Below are positions 26,556-40,100 of a stretch of 64,000 nucleotides of DNA, one piece after another. The stretch lies in NCBI RefSeq assembly GCF_009914755.1, contig NC_060926.1; one strand, written 5' to 3'. Below the pieces are notes generated by a model, which ran no database searches, was not told the DNA's origin, and saw only the letters and a list, made by a program, of their open reading frames with translations. A program made the translations under genes and the position numbers. The DNA comes from the human T2T-CHM13v2.0 reference genome, Homo sapiens. The stretch's first letter is position 1. Every line of letters starts with the position of its first letter.

Positions 26556-29500
26556 AGAAGTGTTTAACACAATTTACTGCTTTAAAAATGATTTTACATT
26601 GATATGAAATGTTTTAGTTGTAAGACATATTTTCTAACTAAAATCCCATTTTATTTTTACTAATCCCAGATAGGTTTCAGGGCAGATATTACTTTCTTTT
26701 GAAAGTGTGACTTTTCAGAACAAGGAGATGAGTAGCAGAACCAGTCATGGAATCAACATTTTGTACTTCACCTGGTATATTCTTCCATCTTTCAGCAATG
26801 CTCATCATATTTTGGCTAGAAGGGATTCTGTTTCTTTTAATAGTGCTGAATAGCATATATTTCAAAATGTAGGACAAAGTAAAATTAATTTTGCTGAGGG
26901 AGTCTTGCAATACCCTTTGTGATGTCTGGAGATACTCAATGGTATCTCAAAACTAGGATAAAGAATGCTTATACTAGATTATTCCATCTCCCAAAGTAAT
27001 TTGTCTCCTAATAATAATCATAATTACCTTCTACAGTATCCAAACTGTAGCCTCTTTACTAGGCAAATTATTTACTGCAGGTAGGAAACCTCTGGTAAAA
27101 ACTGCTTGACAATATGCTGCTAGAAACAGTCTTTCATTTTCCAAATCCATTCTGGGAAACCACACAAGCACACCTACTTTCAAGCTCATACGTGAATATA
27201 AAAGGCTATTTTATTTTTACAAAATGACTTATTACAGGAAAACCTAGTTAAGTGAAGTATTCCTTGCTAAAGACATAAGTAAGCAGTATAAATACACACT
27301 AGACCTGCTCAAATCAATATTTAAGCATTCAACATATCCACAAAATCCCAAGTAAAACTTTTGTGCCCATTTGTCCTCTTGGCACCAAGATTTTTCTACT
27401 CTCTACCTACCTCTACTGCCAATAACCTTATAGGAGCCTTTCCCCCATGTTCTCAATCAGGGAAGGATCTCGTGTCATTTATATCTTCCAAATAAATGTT
27501 CTAACGCAAGTCCCAGTGTTATTTTCACCTAAAGCCGTATCTGTTTTTGTTAGTCAAGAAAAGATTTTGCTTTCTGTGAAAATAATTTCAGTGTCAGTGA
27601 ATAAATTGTAGCAGTATTACATGCTTCTGTGTTCAGTGTGTTTGTTGATATCATGTGTTGAGGGGGTGAGGCTGTGGGGAGAAGAGAAGGAAGGAAAAGG
27701 TGGAGGCAAACTCTTGTCTCTGATCTTGAAATTATGCTAGTCAGTTCCTACTAACTACTTCATGATACAGGGAGTTCTGGATGCATTTGTGTGTGTGTGT
27801 GTGTGTGTGAAAAGACAAAAAGGGAAGATTTTCTAAATTACTGACATTTTGGTTACTAATACAACGCTGGTCACCAAGAATCCATGGATAATGTCTGGGT
27901 GAAATGCTTTGCATCCTCTGAGCCAGAAACTGCTCAAACCTATTAAAATTCATTTGTGAATGTCCATTCTATAACAATCATCAAAACACAATTTCTTCCA
28001 ATTAAACAGCAGAAAAATCTTCCTGGGGACTGATAGTGCAACAAGGAAAGAGGATCCTACAACCTCAGTTATCACTTCACAGCAGACTCACTGTGGCATG
28101 TTCTAAGTTCTACAGCCAGAAACACCAAAAATAAATTTCCTGTTCTTCCACCTGGGGCTCTATTTTCCTACTGCCCCAAAACCTGACTTCTAGTAGAATC
28201 AAAAAAATTTTCCCAGGTCATGGCCAGGAGTTAACTGAGTATAGCACAGCCTTCTCCTTTCTGACTTCCAGTAGGATCAAAAACTCTTCTCCAGGCATGG
28301 TTAGAAGTTAACTGAGTGTACAAGAACCCTGAGTTTTTGTGTTTCAATTTGCCTGATTTGCATGTGGATATACAGCCCCAGATGGAGAAAACTAGGAGTG
28401 GGATTTATCTTACATGATTCACCGTAGACAGCCAAAGCAAAATGTCAACCAGTGAATCTTTGCTTCTAGCCTGTCCAGGAATAGGCCCTGGGAAAACCTT
28501 CTGACTGCACTGGAACTGGGGGGAGTGGACTTGTTCTGAGCTGACTCAAAAATGCTAACAGAAAATGGCAGGCTACTGCTTAAGCACAGATGTCACTTTA
28601 TTGTGTCAACTTGGAAATGATCAGTACAATCTGGCAAGTGCAATTTTTCTCACATTATGAGTGTGTTTGAGCAGGTGCTATGCTTCACTGAGGTCATATA
28701 TTGTTTCCATGTTTTTTAATTTTTGATTCAAATTATAGGATGAAAAAGATTCTCAAATATAGACCTGTCCTAAGTTTTACTGGAGAATAAAAACGACTAA
28801 TAAATGTTTTATTAATAATCAGAAAAGGGTCTAATGCTTCTCCCCAGGGGCATATTTGGTATATATGCTTTAAACTTCTACTAAATGTTGAAGAAGGAAA
28901 AATAACAGTAAGGAAAAATATAGAAAATATTCTCCAAAATAGATCTTCTGGTGGCTTCTCCTATGACCACGATGCATTCTGTTGTCATTCACATATTGTC
29001 TTGTTTGGCAAAAGACTTGCTATTTCTATAGTCACTATGGAAAGTTGCCACAGCTACTCAAAGTAAGCTGTCATTGGAGGGATATGCCTTTACATAAAAT
29101 AGTACCTCACAGTCGGCAGGGGCCACTGTGGGTTCTAATGGCTAGCTTTAAAAAGCCAAAATTGTGTCTGTAGGATCGGTGGCTCTCTTGTCCTGCCAAA
29201 AGATTGAGATCAGACATGGTGACTACAATACCTCCAGCACTAAGAGTTGCAGCTTGGAAACAAGCAATGCAATGCAGTTGTAGCTAGGTTGCTGGGTAGT
29301 ATGTTTAGTAGATGTTTTGTCTTTGAATCTTTCTGGTTGCCCCTGAAAAGTTGTCACATACAGTAAGCATAAGGTAGACAACAGTGCACTAAGTTTTAGA
29401 ACATAGAGAAACATAATAAATAGTCATTGCTTTAAGAAAACCCTTAAGGAAAACTACAGTCAACAAAACTGAATATACAAATATCTGAACACAAAAGTGA

Positions 29501-29603
29501 ACATTAAAGACAGTGTTATACATGCAGTAGCAGTTCTGACAGACGCAGAGAGCCTGATATACAAAGCAATTGGAAAAACAGATTCCTAGAAAGTTCTAAA
29601 AAA

Positions 29604-29961
<358 letters not shown>

Positions 29962-32169
29962 TTATCTTCATGTTACAGATTAAAAGAATTACTCAAAATA
30001 TGCAGACTAAAAATCTACATTAGGCACTTTATAAAAGGTATCAGAGCTAGTAAATTAGCAGAGCATGGATTTCAATCTCCACCCAAAGAGTCCAAAGCCC
30101 ACACTGGATCATTTATGACTAGAGGAAAAAGGGAAAGATTTACCGACACTTCAACTCATCCTCAAGAGTTGTCAGGATTTGTTCCGTTGGAAGCAAGGAT
30201 AGCAGGATATTCCAGTGAGGATTTCAATATGAGCAATGACAGCAAGGCAGGGACTAGTATGGCATACACTGGGCATGAGGAGATAGGCTGATTAGAAAGG
30301 GGGAAGGAAAAAGGAGTAAAGAGAGAGTCTGGTTCCAGATGACATAGGGTCCAGAATCTCCAAAGAGATTCTTAGAGCTGGACTTAAGTTTGGAGATGGG
30401 ATGCCGAGAGTATGTACAACCACTTAATGTTTCAAACCTGACGGATCTAGTTTCTGAAACCAAATCTGACTATAGTCTTTATTATTATTATTATTATTAT
30501 TTAGAAGATAAAATACTATACCAAACTGATTGTATCTCTGCCCTTATGAAGTCAAGATGAATAATAAATAAATACTAAAATAGATGGTTTGATAGATGTC
30601 AAGTTTAAATGAGAAAATAAGGCAGGAAAGGAGGACAAGGAGGATAAGATAGGAGGTGTATAATTTTATATAAGGTGGCAAGAAAAGGTCTCATTGAAGT
30701 AGTAATGTTTGAACAAAGAACTCCTCCTTCCTCAGTTTTTTTGTTGCATTGCTGCCTCTCTTTCCCCCAGTGTGGTTTAGGATTATCACAAACAATAATC
30801 TTATATTTCCTCTAAGAGTTATTTTTTCCTTTGTGCTCATATTTTTGATTTATGAAAACGTGCACATAACTTTCAAGCTATCATGATCTTTATGTTTAAG
30901 TTCATACCCTGATTTTCTATCTGATCAAATGAAAATTTTCATTTGTTTTTGATATAAGAAGTTTAAAGTCCATCCATTGTGACACAGGTGAAATATGAAT
31001 CTTTAATAGATTTATGTGATTCCACTTCACTCTGAGTCTTCATCATAGATACTCTCTGTAGCTTTTTCGATTAAAGAAAAGCCAGACACATTAACACAGA
31101 TTTTAAGCAATTGAAATACAGAGAAGATTATCAAATTTCTAGAACTTCTGATTGTTCTGTATTTGATGCCTTTTCTTCTACAGAATTTTTGAATTTGGTT
31201 TTTCATCAGAACACCATTGAAGATATCACTTAAGGAATCTAGGGAATTTAAGAAATGTTAATCCCCGTGATTCAAAGTAGATATTTTATCTTAAATGTAG
31301 CCACTTGTCTTAGGGGTCCCCAAATTATAAATTGGCTATATAATTACCTATTTCATGGTAAATGGATTATTAGTTCTTTTTTACTTCTCTGATTTCACTT
31401 CTTCTTCCTCTTTTTAAAATTAATTTATTTAAAAAGAAGGATCTGGGTGTGAATAAGTAGAGATATATTTCTTGTATGTCTTAAAATTTAAAAAAATTAT
31501 ACAACTTTCCATTGACACGGAACATTTAACAAGGTTTACTTTAGCATGATATTAAAATTCACCCTATAATTTTAATTGGGATAAATGGCATTTGTTCTTT
31601 CCAGCAGTAGGTGGGAAAGTTAGAAAACAGTATGTGTTTCCCAAGAGTCTAATAGGAAAAGAATGGGGTTGTGCATTTTGTCCAAGACTCCTACTCCACA
31701 GAAACAACAAATCGTCTGTATAACTTGTTCTGGGCTTTTTATTTTGAAAATCAATTATTTTAAGTGTAGTCATAAATGGAAGGAACAGGGAAGATGCTGC
31801 CATATAGACATAAAACAGCTTGATATTATTTTGGTCTTAAAATATCGAAAAAATAAAAATTTTATTGAAAATTTCTGAAAACTTATGTAAAAAATGGTCA
31901 TCCATCAGCATCTGATTTGGTGGTTTCCTGCCCATAAGGCAGATACACCTACTATTCAATTCTGTATTGTCAAAAATCTTGGAAAGAATCATGGGATGAT
32001 ATGATAAACCATCAGCTCTTTCCAAGCACTGTTATATGTTTACAGAGTTGGATCAGCATCCACTGGTAGTTCCTTCCAGTGAAGTCTCTCTAGTCAGCCT
32101 TCAGTACACTGTCTTAACATATGTCCATCACTGTGGCTATACTGCATACTTTCTATAGTGAACATAATT

Positions 32170-32370
32170 GTTATGAACAAGTACCCAAGAATGAGACTTC
32201 ATGGGCTCAAATCTCAGCTCTGCTACTTAATAGCTCTATGATCCTGGGCAAGTTTCTTGACCTTTGTGTGCCTTGGATTTATCATCTGTTAGGATAATAC
32301 TAGTGCCTGTAAAATATTAGCACCATGCCTAGCACATAGTGGTCCTACATGTTGCCTATCATTATTATTT
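32170..32370 (+). mobile_element. MIR
   Basis: gggctcaaatctcagctctgctacttaatagct...gggcaagtttcttgacct...catctgt...cctagcacatagt core. Confidence 0.75.
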
Positions 32371-32559
32371 CTAAGGTCTATATATATGAAATATTACAAA
32401 ATCCATACTTTGAACACTTGAAATAAAAGAAGAATTAGATGCCACACATATCCTTAAATTTCCTTTGTTGTAACTTTTTAATTAAGTGCACACCTATACA
32501 CCTATTGCTGAAGTTTCAAGTTATTCAGATTATCCAACCAGATAAACTGAGGCACCATT

Positions 32560-33200
32560 TTCTAAAAAGGGAGAAGATGAAGGAGGGAGAAATGTGGAGA
32601 GTGAGGAGGGAAGTACCAGGACTTCAATTTAGAACACATAAAGGTTGAGATACCTGTGAGATATACAACTGAAAATGTTAAGTACAATTTTGCATGCAAA
32701 AATCTGAATATGACATGTCTGGGCTAATGACAGAAATATCAGAGTTACTGGCATAATGATAGTATTTAAGGGCATGAGAATGGATGAGATTAGTTGGATG
32801 AGGGATATTAAGTGAGGAGACTTCTGGAATCATGTCCTGTGAAACATCAACATTTAGGAGACAGGTAGAGCAGCAGAGTTGGTGGACACCTTGGAAGAAC
32901 TCACAGAGGAAGGAGGACAACCATGTGTGTTTAGTGCCTTGTTTTGAAATTGATTAAGTATTGAGTAGGATGATTAGATAATGAGTAGGATGATATCTGA
33001 AAAATATTTAATGAATTTGACAATGTGAAGATGATTGGTGTTCTTTGCAATAGGAGTTTTGGCTACATGCTTTCACGGGAGCCAGATTGGAGTGGGTTGA
33101 ATAGTGAACGTGGGTGACTAATTGACATTAGGTTTTATTCATAATTGAAAACTTTCACAGAGCTTGGCTGTGAAGGAAAACCAAGAAAAAGAGCATGAGG
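32560..33200 (-). mobile_element. L2 fragment
   Basis: ggttgagatacctgtgagatatacaa...gtctgggct...gatagtatttaag...atggatgagat...caacatttag...gccagattggagtgggttga pattern. Confidence 0.65.
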
Positions 33201-34657
33201 TAGATGTTTAAGGTTAGGTCAAGAGAAGCAATGTTTGGTTTATTTGTTTGTAAGATTAGTACAATCCATTAAATAATATTGACAATTCAAGGGGGGGAGA
33301 GAAATAACAGAAAGACTAAGTACTTGAATAGATAAGCAGGATAAGACAGTAAGCACAGTTCCAAAATACAGTATATGAAGAAGAAAGTGGAGATGGTGTG
33401 AATATAGGAGAATTTTCTTCTTATTGCTTTTAGCTTTGTCTTCAAGTACGGCCTTGGCCTTCAGTCGTATAGAAAGTGTGAGGCCAGAAATGGGTCATTT
33501 GTGAGTTTGTATGAGGACAGCTAGCAGCTCATGTTCTTATTATCTGTTTGTTAGTCTGAGGGGTGGAGCACTGGTAACTAAGTGATGTCATGTTACCGAG
33601 TAGAAAGGGAACTTCACTGAGAATTAGAATTCCAGGGTCCTAGTTTGCAATGTGCCTCTAAATCAGTATGTGATCTGGGCCTAAGCATTTGAAAATCTCT
33701 GAACCTCAGCTTTTATTTTATAGAAGGAGAGGCTTGGGGATCCTTTAGAATGACCAGTGAATGATCCATGCCACTGTTTGGTTCATTACAGAACTTAAAG
33801 AAGGTCTTCAAACTGCAGCTATTCACAGTCAAAATAGTTCCATATATACAATACTTATTTGTGTTCATGGACTAAACATGTAAAACCTTCCAGACTTTCA
33901 ATATACACTTTATAAAATCTGTCCTCTGTTGTCTGTGGGGATTTTTTTCTGTCTTATAGATTGCCATTTGGAAATTTAAAAATAACTTAAATATTTGACT
34001 GTTTAATTACAAAAATGTACCTGGGGCATAAAAGGAAGAATTAAACATAAAATTTGATTTGAATTCTTGGTATTATAGATGGACTGCTTTTGAGGAGAAA
34101 ACTACTGCTAACCACAACCTGTTCATCAAGGATTTTTCACTTCCTCCTTCACTGCTTTTGTGACTTTAAGTGTGCTTTATAAATTTCTGTCCAATGACAG
34201 CACAATCAAGGCATGCAATGATTCTTTCATTCTTCTCTGATAAAAATCTTTAGTCTTAGATAGCTAAAAGTGTAGTCAAAGACATTTAATTTTAGCCTTG
34301 GGGTATCCATTCTCTGTCACAGGAAAAAATAAATATACATAAAAGTAATAAGATTTCATAGAAAACAGTGTGGGACAGAGCTGCCTGACTTTAATTTTCT
34401 GAAATGCAAGGGGATGCAATTAACTCCCTGGTTGTGATTAGCCTCTTGGAAGCTGAATAACCTCAGTAAATTACAGCACCCACAGAACCCATAATGGCGT
34501 CATATACTCAATATTGTTTACTTGTCTTTGGATTTACAGTCCTGCAGATGAGTCATAGGATTTATGCATTAATAATGAATCAAGCCAACTTCAAGAAGCA
34601 GCGCTGCCTCTACTCGAATTACGTGTCTGCCTATCGGACCTTTTTAAAGTAGGTATT

Positions 34658-35060
34658 GGCCAGGACTAGTTTGAGGCACTGGCTCAGGGGCAATATTTAA
34701 GAGGACACCAAAAAGTCAGTGAGTAAGATAAATAACATTTTAAATCAATACCTTAAAAATCAAAATTAATATTTTAAAAATAAAAAGTTGTTCATGATGA
34801 ATAACATATCAAAATTTTAAATAAAGACAAGATCAATAACAGTGGTATCCTGAGCTGTACTGGAGCCTGAGGCAAAAGGGAAATTCAATAATATTGATGC
34901 TGTCTTTATTTAAATTTTTCACATTTTGTTCATCATATATTTTTGCATTATTCAGATTGTTTTTTTCAAATATTGCAGTAAAATATAATTTATCTTGATT
35001 ACTGAGCTTTTTGGTTCCCCCTTAAATTTAACACTCAGGCAAGTGCCTGACCCTCATCTC
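34658..35060. mobile_element. MER96B-like palindromic hAT MITE
   Basis: Long imperfect inverted arms (e.g. tttaaataaagaca / tgtctttatttaaa; atgatgaataa / ttgttcatcat; aagataaat / atttatctt; gaggcact / agtgcctg) around a central ggagcctgaggcaaaagg spacer. Confidence 0.8.
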
Positions 35061-36394
35061 AGCATTTATAATTTAACACCAAAATAACTGGCATGCAGGA
35101 AGCACTGTGCCCGTAACTTGTTCCTGCTGCCATAATAAAAGCAGACTTTGCCTCTGGAAGCATTCCACATTTTACCCCACTAAGTTCTTTTCCTTTTAGT
35201 TTCCATAAAAGGGTTTATTCATGTGCTGTCCTAAAAGAGTCCTGCTGGATGGCCCGCAATACCCCACATAACCAAAACAACCACTGCATCAGGAGAGATA
35301 AAGAGTATCAGGAAGGAAAATAAATTCCATATATTTTGCTCAAAATCCTGGAACAGTTGTAAGGAAGGCAGTCGCAAAGAAGTAAAGTTTTTCAACTAGA
35401 GGAAGTACGTGAATCTCTCAGTGCATATACCTAACAAATGTAGATAGTCAATAGCTTTTATCCACATAACTCTTGGATCACAAAGGGAATGAATCATTGC
35501 AGTCAAAGAAAAACAATTTACAAGGAGGCTGTGTCCAATCTCAAAAGGCAACTAAATGAAATTCTGAGCTCTGAAAAATCTGAGATCCGCCTTTATTATC
35601 CTCCCAATTTGTGAACCACTCACCTCAGCAAGACTACAAACTCCATGAGGGGAAGAACAAGGACTTCTTGTTTGCTTATCTTTGTATCCTTAGTGTATTA
35701 GGATACATGGGAATTTCACTTATCCCTATACTCTGCACGAGGAAATAATTGCCACAATGTAGGTGGATGGGTATAATTGTCAACCTTAAGCAATGACATA
35801 TGAAAGGACTTTCACAGCAAATGAACAAACGGTATGACAGAAAAATAGGGTATGTTAGGGCAAGGACACCTGTGGCAATATTTCTACCTAGGGATTGGAA
35901 AGAGGAGATTTTCTCAGGAGAAGGCCCCTCAGGACTAGGGACATCCCCTACTCTTTGTCCATTCCTCCTCTCCATTGCTTTTCTAAAAGATAGGTCCTGA
36001 AACATGGTATTGACATTCTCAATTTCTTTATCTTTTTAAATAGACATTAAAAAATTCATAAACTGCAAGGCCTGGTTTAAGTTATCCCTCACTCATAAAG
36101 CCTAAGATATTTATACTGTATTATATCATATTATTCTTGATTATACACCAACTCATATTGCTCACTAAAGCACATAAGGTAACTTTGTGTGAACTGGAAA
36201 AAAAAGAAAAAAAAAAGAAAGGTGTGCCTTCATCAAGACACATAGTTGCAGAAAACCGTATCAAAATAATGGTGCAACTAGTTGAGGTGGATGGTGCCTT
36301 TTAAATTTTTGTAATATATAAATTGTACAATCCTATGCAATGACCCTTGGTCACTATGTCTGGCTTTTATTTTATATCTACATAGTAAAGTTAA

Positions 36395-36722
36395 CTCCTT
36401 ACTTCCTTCCCTCCTTCCCCCAGTCCCTTCCTCCCTCCCTCTTTTCACTCCTTCCTTCCTTTCCTATCTCCCCCTGCTTGCCCCTTCCTTCCTTCCCTCC
36501 TTCCTTTCCTCCTTCCTTCCTTCCATCCTTTCCCCTGTTCCTCCCTCCCTTCCTGCCTCCCTTCCTTCCCTCCCTCCTTCCCCGTCTTCCTCCCTCCCTC
36601 CCTTCCTTCCTTCCCTCCCTTCCTTCCCTCCTTCTTTCCTTCCTTCCTTCTTTCCTCCTTCCTTCCTTCCTCCCTCCCTCCCTCTTTTTCTTTGTTCCTT
36701 CCTTCCTTTACTCTTCTTTGTT
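36395..36722. repeat. (CCTT/CCCT)n polypyrimidine tract
   Basis: About 330 nt nearly pure C/T on the + strand. Confidence 0.97.
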
Positions 36723-37267
36723 CTCAATACTTAACATAATCCTAAACCCATAGCAAATACTGAGTAATACTTTTTGGCTGTTGAATTGAAATCCTCCTTT
36801 AAAAGGGGAGACACCTAACTGTGAAATCATAGGTGATTTTATTTTGTCTTCTACTTGTTCTATATTTTAATTGTTATACAAATATGCATTATTTTTATAA
36901 TTAGACAAAAATGATTTAAACCTGCCAACAAATTTAGATGTTAAGTACTTATTCAATGGCCAAGCCCAAGTAATTGTGCCTTGTCTGATTTGAGGGAAAG
37001 TGCCCTGCATATTTACAAAAATGTATTATAATACCATGCAATTCAGGTAATGCAATCCTTTATCTTCTTGTTAAATAAAATTATCTCTTTACCATATTGC
37101 TACATTTTAGATCTCTCTAATAATGACTGCAACTGTCATGTAGTGAGTAGAATGGAAAATCCCTCAAATATCAGATTGCATTCTGATACTTTGACCCCAA
37201 ACTAATCAAACTAAATATAAATTTTGACATTTTTTCTGGCCCTTCCACAGATTTAAAAAGCAATGCT

Positions 37268-37747
<480 letters not shown>

Positions 37748-39517
37748 TCACCTGTGTGAGTGCTGGGAGATTCCTAGATTTTTAAAAATCACATAGTAAG
37801 CAGGGGAACGTTTTATATATATATATATATATATATATACCTAATTCCCTAAATGTACTATCTATCCTGCTTATGGCTTCTTCAGTTGAAATAAAAATCT
37901 CACCACAAATGAAATAGAGAACTTCACTAATTTCCATTCACCAATGATGGCAGAAGCCCCCCATGGGTTATTAAGTCTGAGAGATGTGTGAACAAACATG
38001 ATAATAAGCAAGTAAAGTGTATCGTAAAATATACTGTGTTCATTTATTGTGACAACTGGGGTGTAATTATACTAGGAAATGTACTGCACTTTAGTCAGTG
38101 AAAGTAATAAAATTTGAACACCAGGAGACCTTTCTCTACTCCGTGCTATTAAGCTACTTTTGAGGGGAAGGTGAAAAATCTAAAAATATAGAATGAATGT
38201 TCACTTTTATAGATTAGCAAAGCAGGGGTTAGTCAGATTCTCTGGTCGTCTAATAAATAAAAACTCTGTTCTTTCCTCATTAGCTGTGGATACACCACCA
38301 AAGAACATTTTCCTCAATTTCTGGGTAATTATAATGCCTAACTTTATGTGGATTGCTTATGCTATTCATCTCACTTTCTCCCTCCAATTAAAGAATAGAA
38401 CGGCAAAACCAAACCTGACTCCATTGTATTGTAACTGCTTCTACAAAGCTACAAGTAGAAAAGCAGGAAAAAAACGTGCAAAAAGATAAGGAAACAAAGG
38501 GGCCCTCGGAGATGATAATGTTGCACAATGAGGAGTAGGTGTAATGATTAAAGCATTAGTGGTGGTCACTAGGAAACGTGAAAGGAACATGTAATTTCAG
38601 ATTAGGAAACCCTGAGCTTCCCAGAGTGAACTGCTATTTGGGAAAGTGTAGTTAATTGAATTTTATGACACTTTTTACTAAACTAAAATGCATATCTTTT
38701 ATTACCCTAATAGTTTCATTGCTACTGTGATACTTATGTGCAGTGATACACTAAAAAGCATATGCAACAATTCACTAAAGAGCACCGGAGTGGATTATTA
38801 CCGTTTCCTTTTGTGCTTTGGCAGCCGACAATCCAGATCATAATTACAGGATTGGAGCCACCTGCCGACTCACTGAACAGAAGCACGTGGCTCCACATAA
38901 AATAGAGCAATTCTAACACTAAAATATACAAAATAAAATAAAATAAATAAATAAAAGAAAGAACTATGTTAAACCAAAGAGACCTTCAGGAACAGCCTAT
39001 GGAAAGCTGGATATTTATTTTTTCATGAACGCCAAATGACTGACTCTCACATTATTACTGGCCCAGAACGAAGCAGAGTTTGCCAAGATCTTCCTGGTTA
39101 AACTAGATCATCTAATGAAATATCTGCATCCCAAATTGACTGGTGAATTCAGACCTTTTATGGTCAAATTCACAATAAATCTTTGATTTTAGAGCATATT
39201 ATTTCTAATGCATAGACGCAGGAATGCAGGAATTGTCTTCACTTGTATAAAACTGTTGCCTTGGCATGCATTTAGCCTGCTAAACCAGTGGAGATTACCA
39301 AAAAGTAAAAGTAATGTAAAAATGGTGAAGTCAAGAAAGTGAATCCATACAGAATTTTTCTAATTGGATATTCTCATTTACTAAACAAGTTAATCCAAAA
39401 GACGACATTATTTCTTTCTGAATTTTTCCAAATATCACTTTCTAAGAGAAGTCTTCCCTCATTTCCTTAAGTCGACTTAGTCACTCCTTCCTCTGCCCTT
39501 TTTACATGCTTCTATTA

Positions 39518-39760
39518 GAGCAGTGCTTCTTACACTTCCATGTGCATATGAATCATCTGGGATCTTGTTAAAAGCATATTCAGAGTCAGTAGGTGTGTGG
39601 GGGAGGGAAGGTCTGTGAGTTTGCATCTTTAGTAAGCTTGCAGGTGCTGCTGATGCTCCTGGTCCTCTGACCACATTAAATTTCAACTTTTATTTTAAAT
39701 ATGGGAGTGCATGTGCAGGTTTGTTACATGGGTATATGGCACTACATTTTGAAAAGCAAG
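39518..39760. mobile_element. MER5-type DNA transposon interrupted near its end by a ~63-bp L1PA 3' tip (39678-39740, minus strand)
   Basis: cagtgcttct...gaatcatctgggatcttgttaaa...gctgatgctcctggtcc...accacatt, then L1 3'-end sequence (catgtgcaggtttgttacatgggtat), then actacattttgaaaagcaag. Confidence 0.75.
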
Positions 39761-39929
39761 GTATTAAATTACTTCATAAATTGTCCCATAATGATCTGTA
39801 CATGTCAGGCATTTCCTCTTGTGTATGAGCTCCTTGAAAGCAAAGGCAAAGGCAGTATCTCAATAGCTACCAATTATATAATTCCTACTAGTTTTGGGGT
39901 ACAGGGAGGATGTTACCATACATCATCTT

Positions 39930-40100
39930 TAATTCTCAAATCAACCCTGCAAGATCTGTAATTGTGTTTCCATTTTACAGATGAAGAAGCTGACTCTCAG
40001 ATATGTTAATCAACTTGTCTATGGCCACACAGATGCCATGTGGCAGTCAGAATGCAATTCTGGATCTATTTGTCTCCAAAGTCTGTTTTTTCTACTGCAC
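39930..40100 (-). mobile_element. MIR
   Basis: ccattttacagatgaagaagctgactctcaga...aacttgtctatggccacacag core. Confidence 0.8.

Noticed and set aside
35610-35630. Strong minus-strand donor GAG|GTGAGT
   Set aside because: No convincing acceptor or polypyrimidine tract nearby, and adjacent to L2-like sequence; a few such 7-mers are expected by chance in 64 kb.
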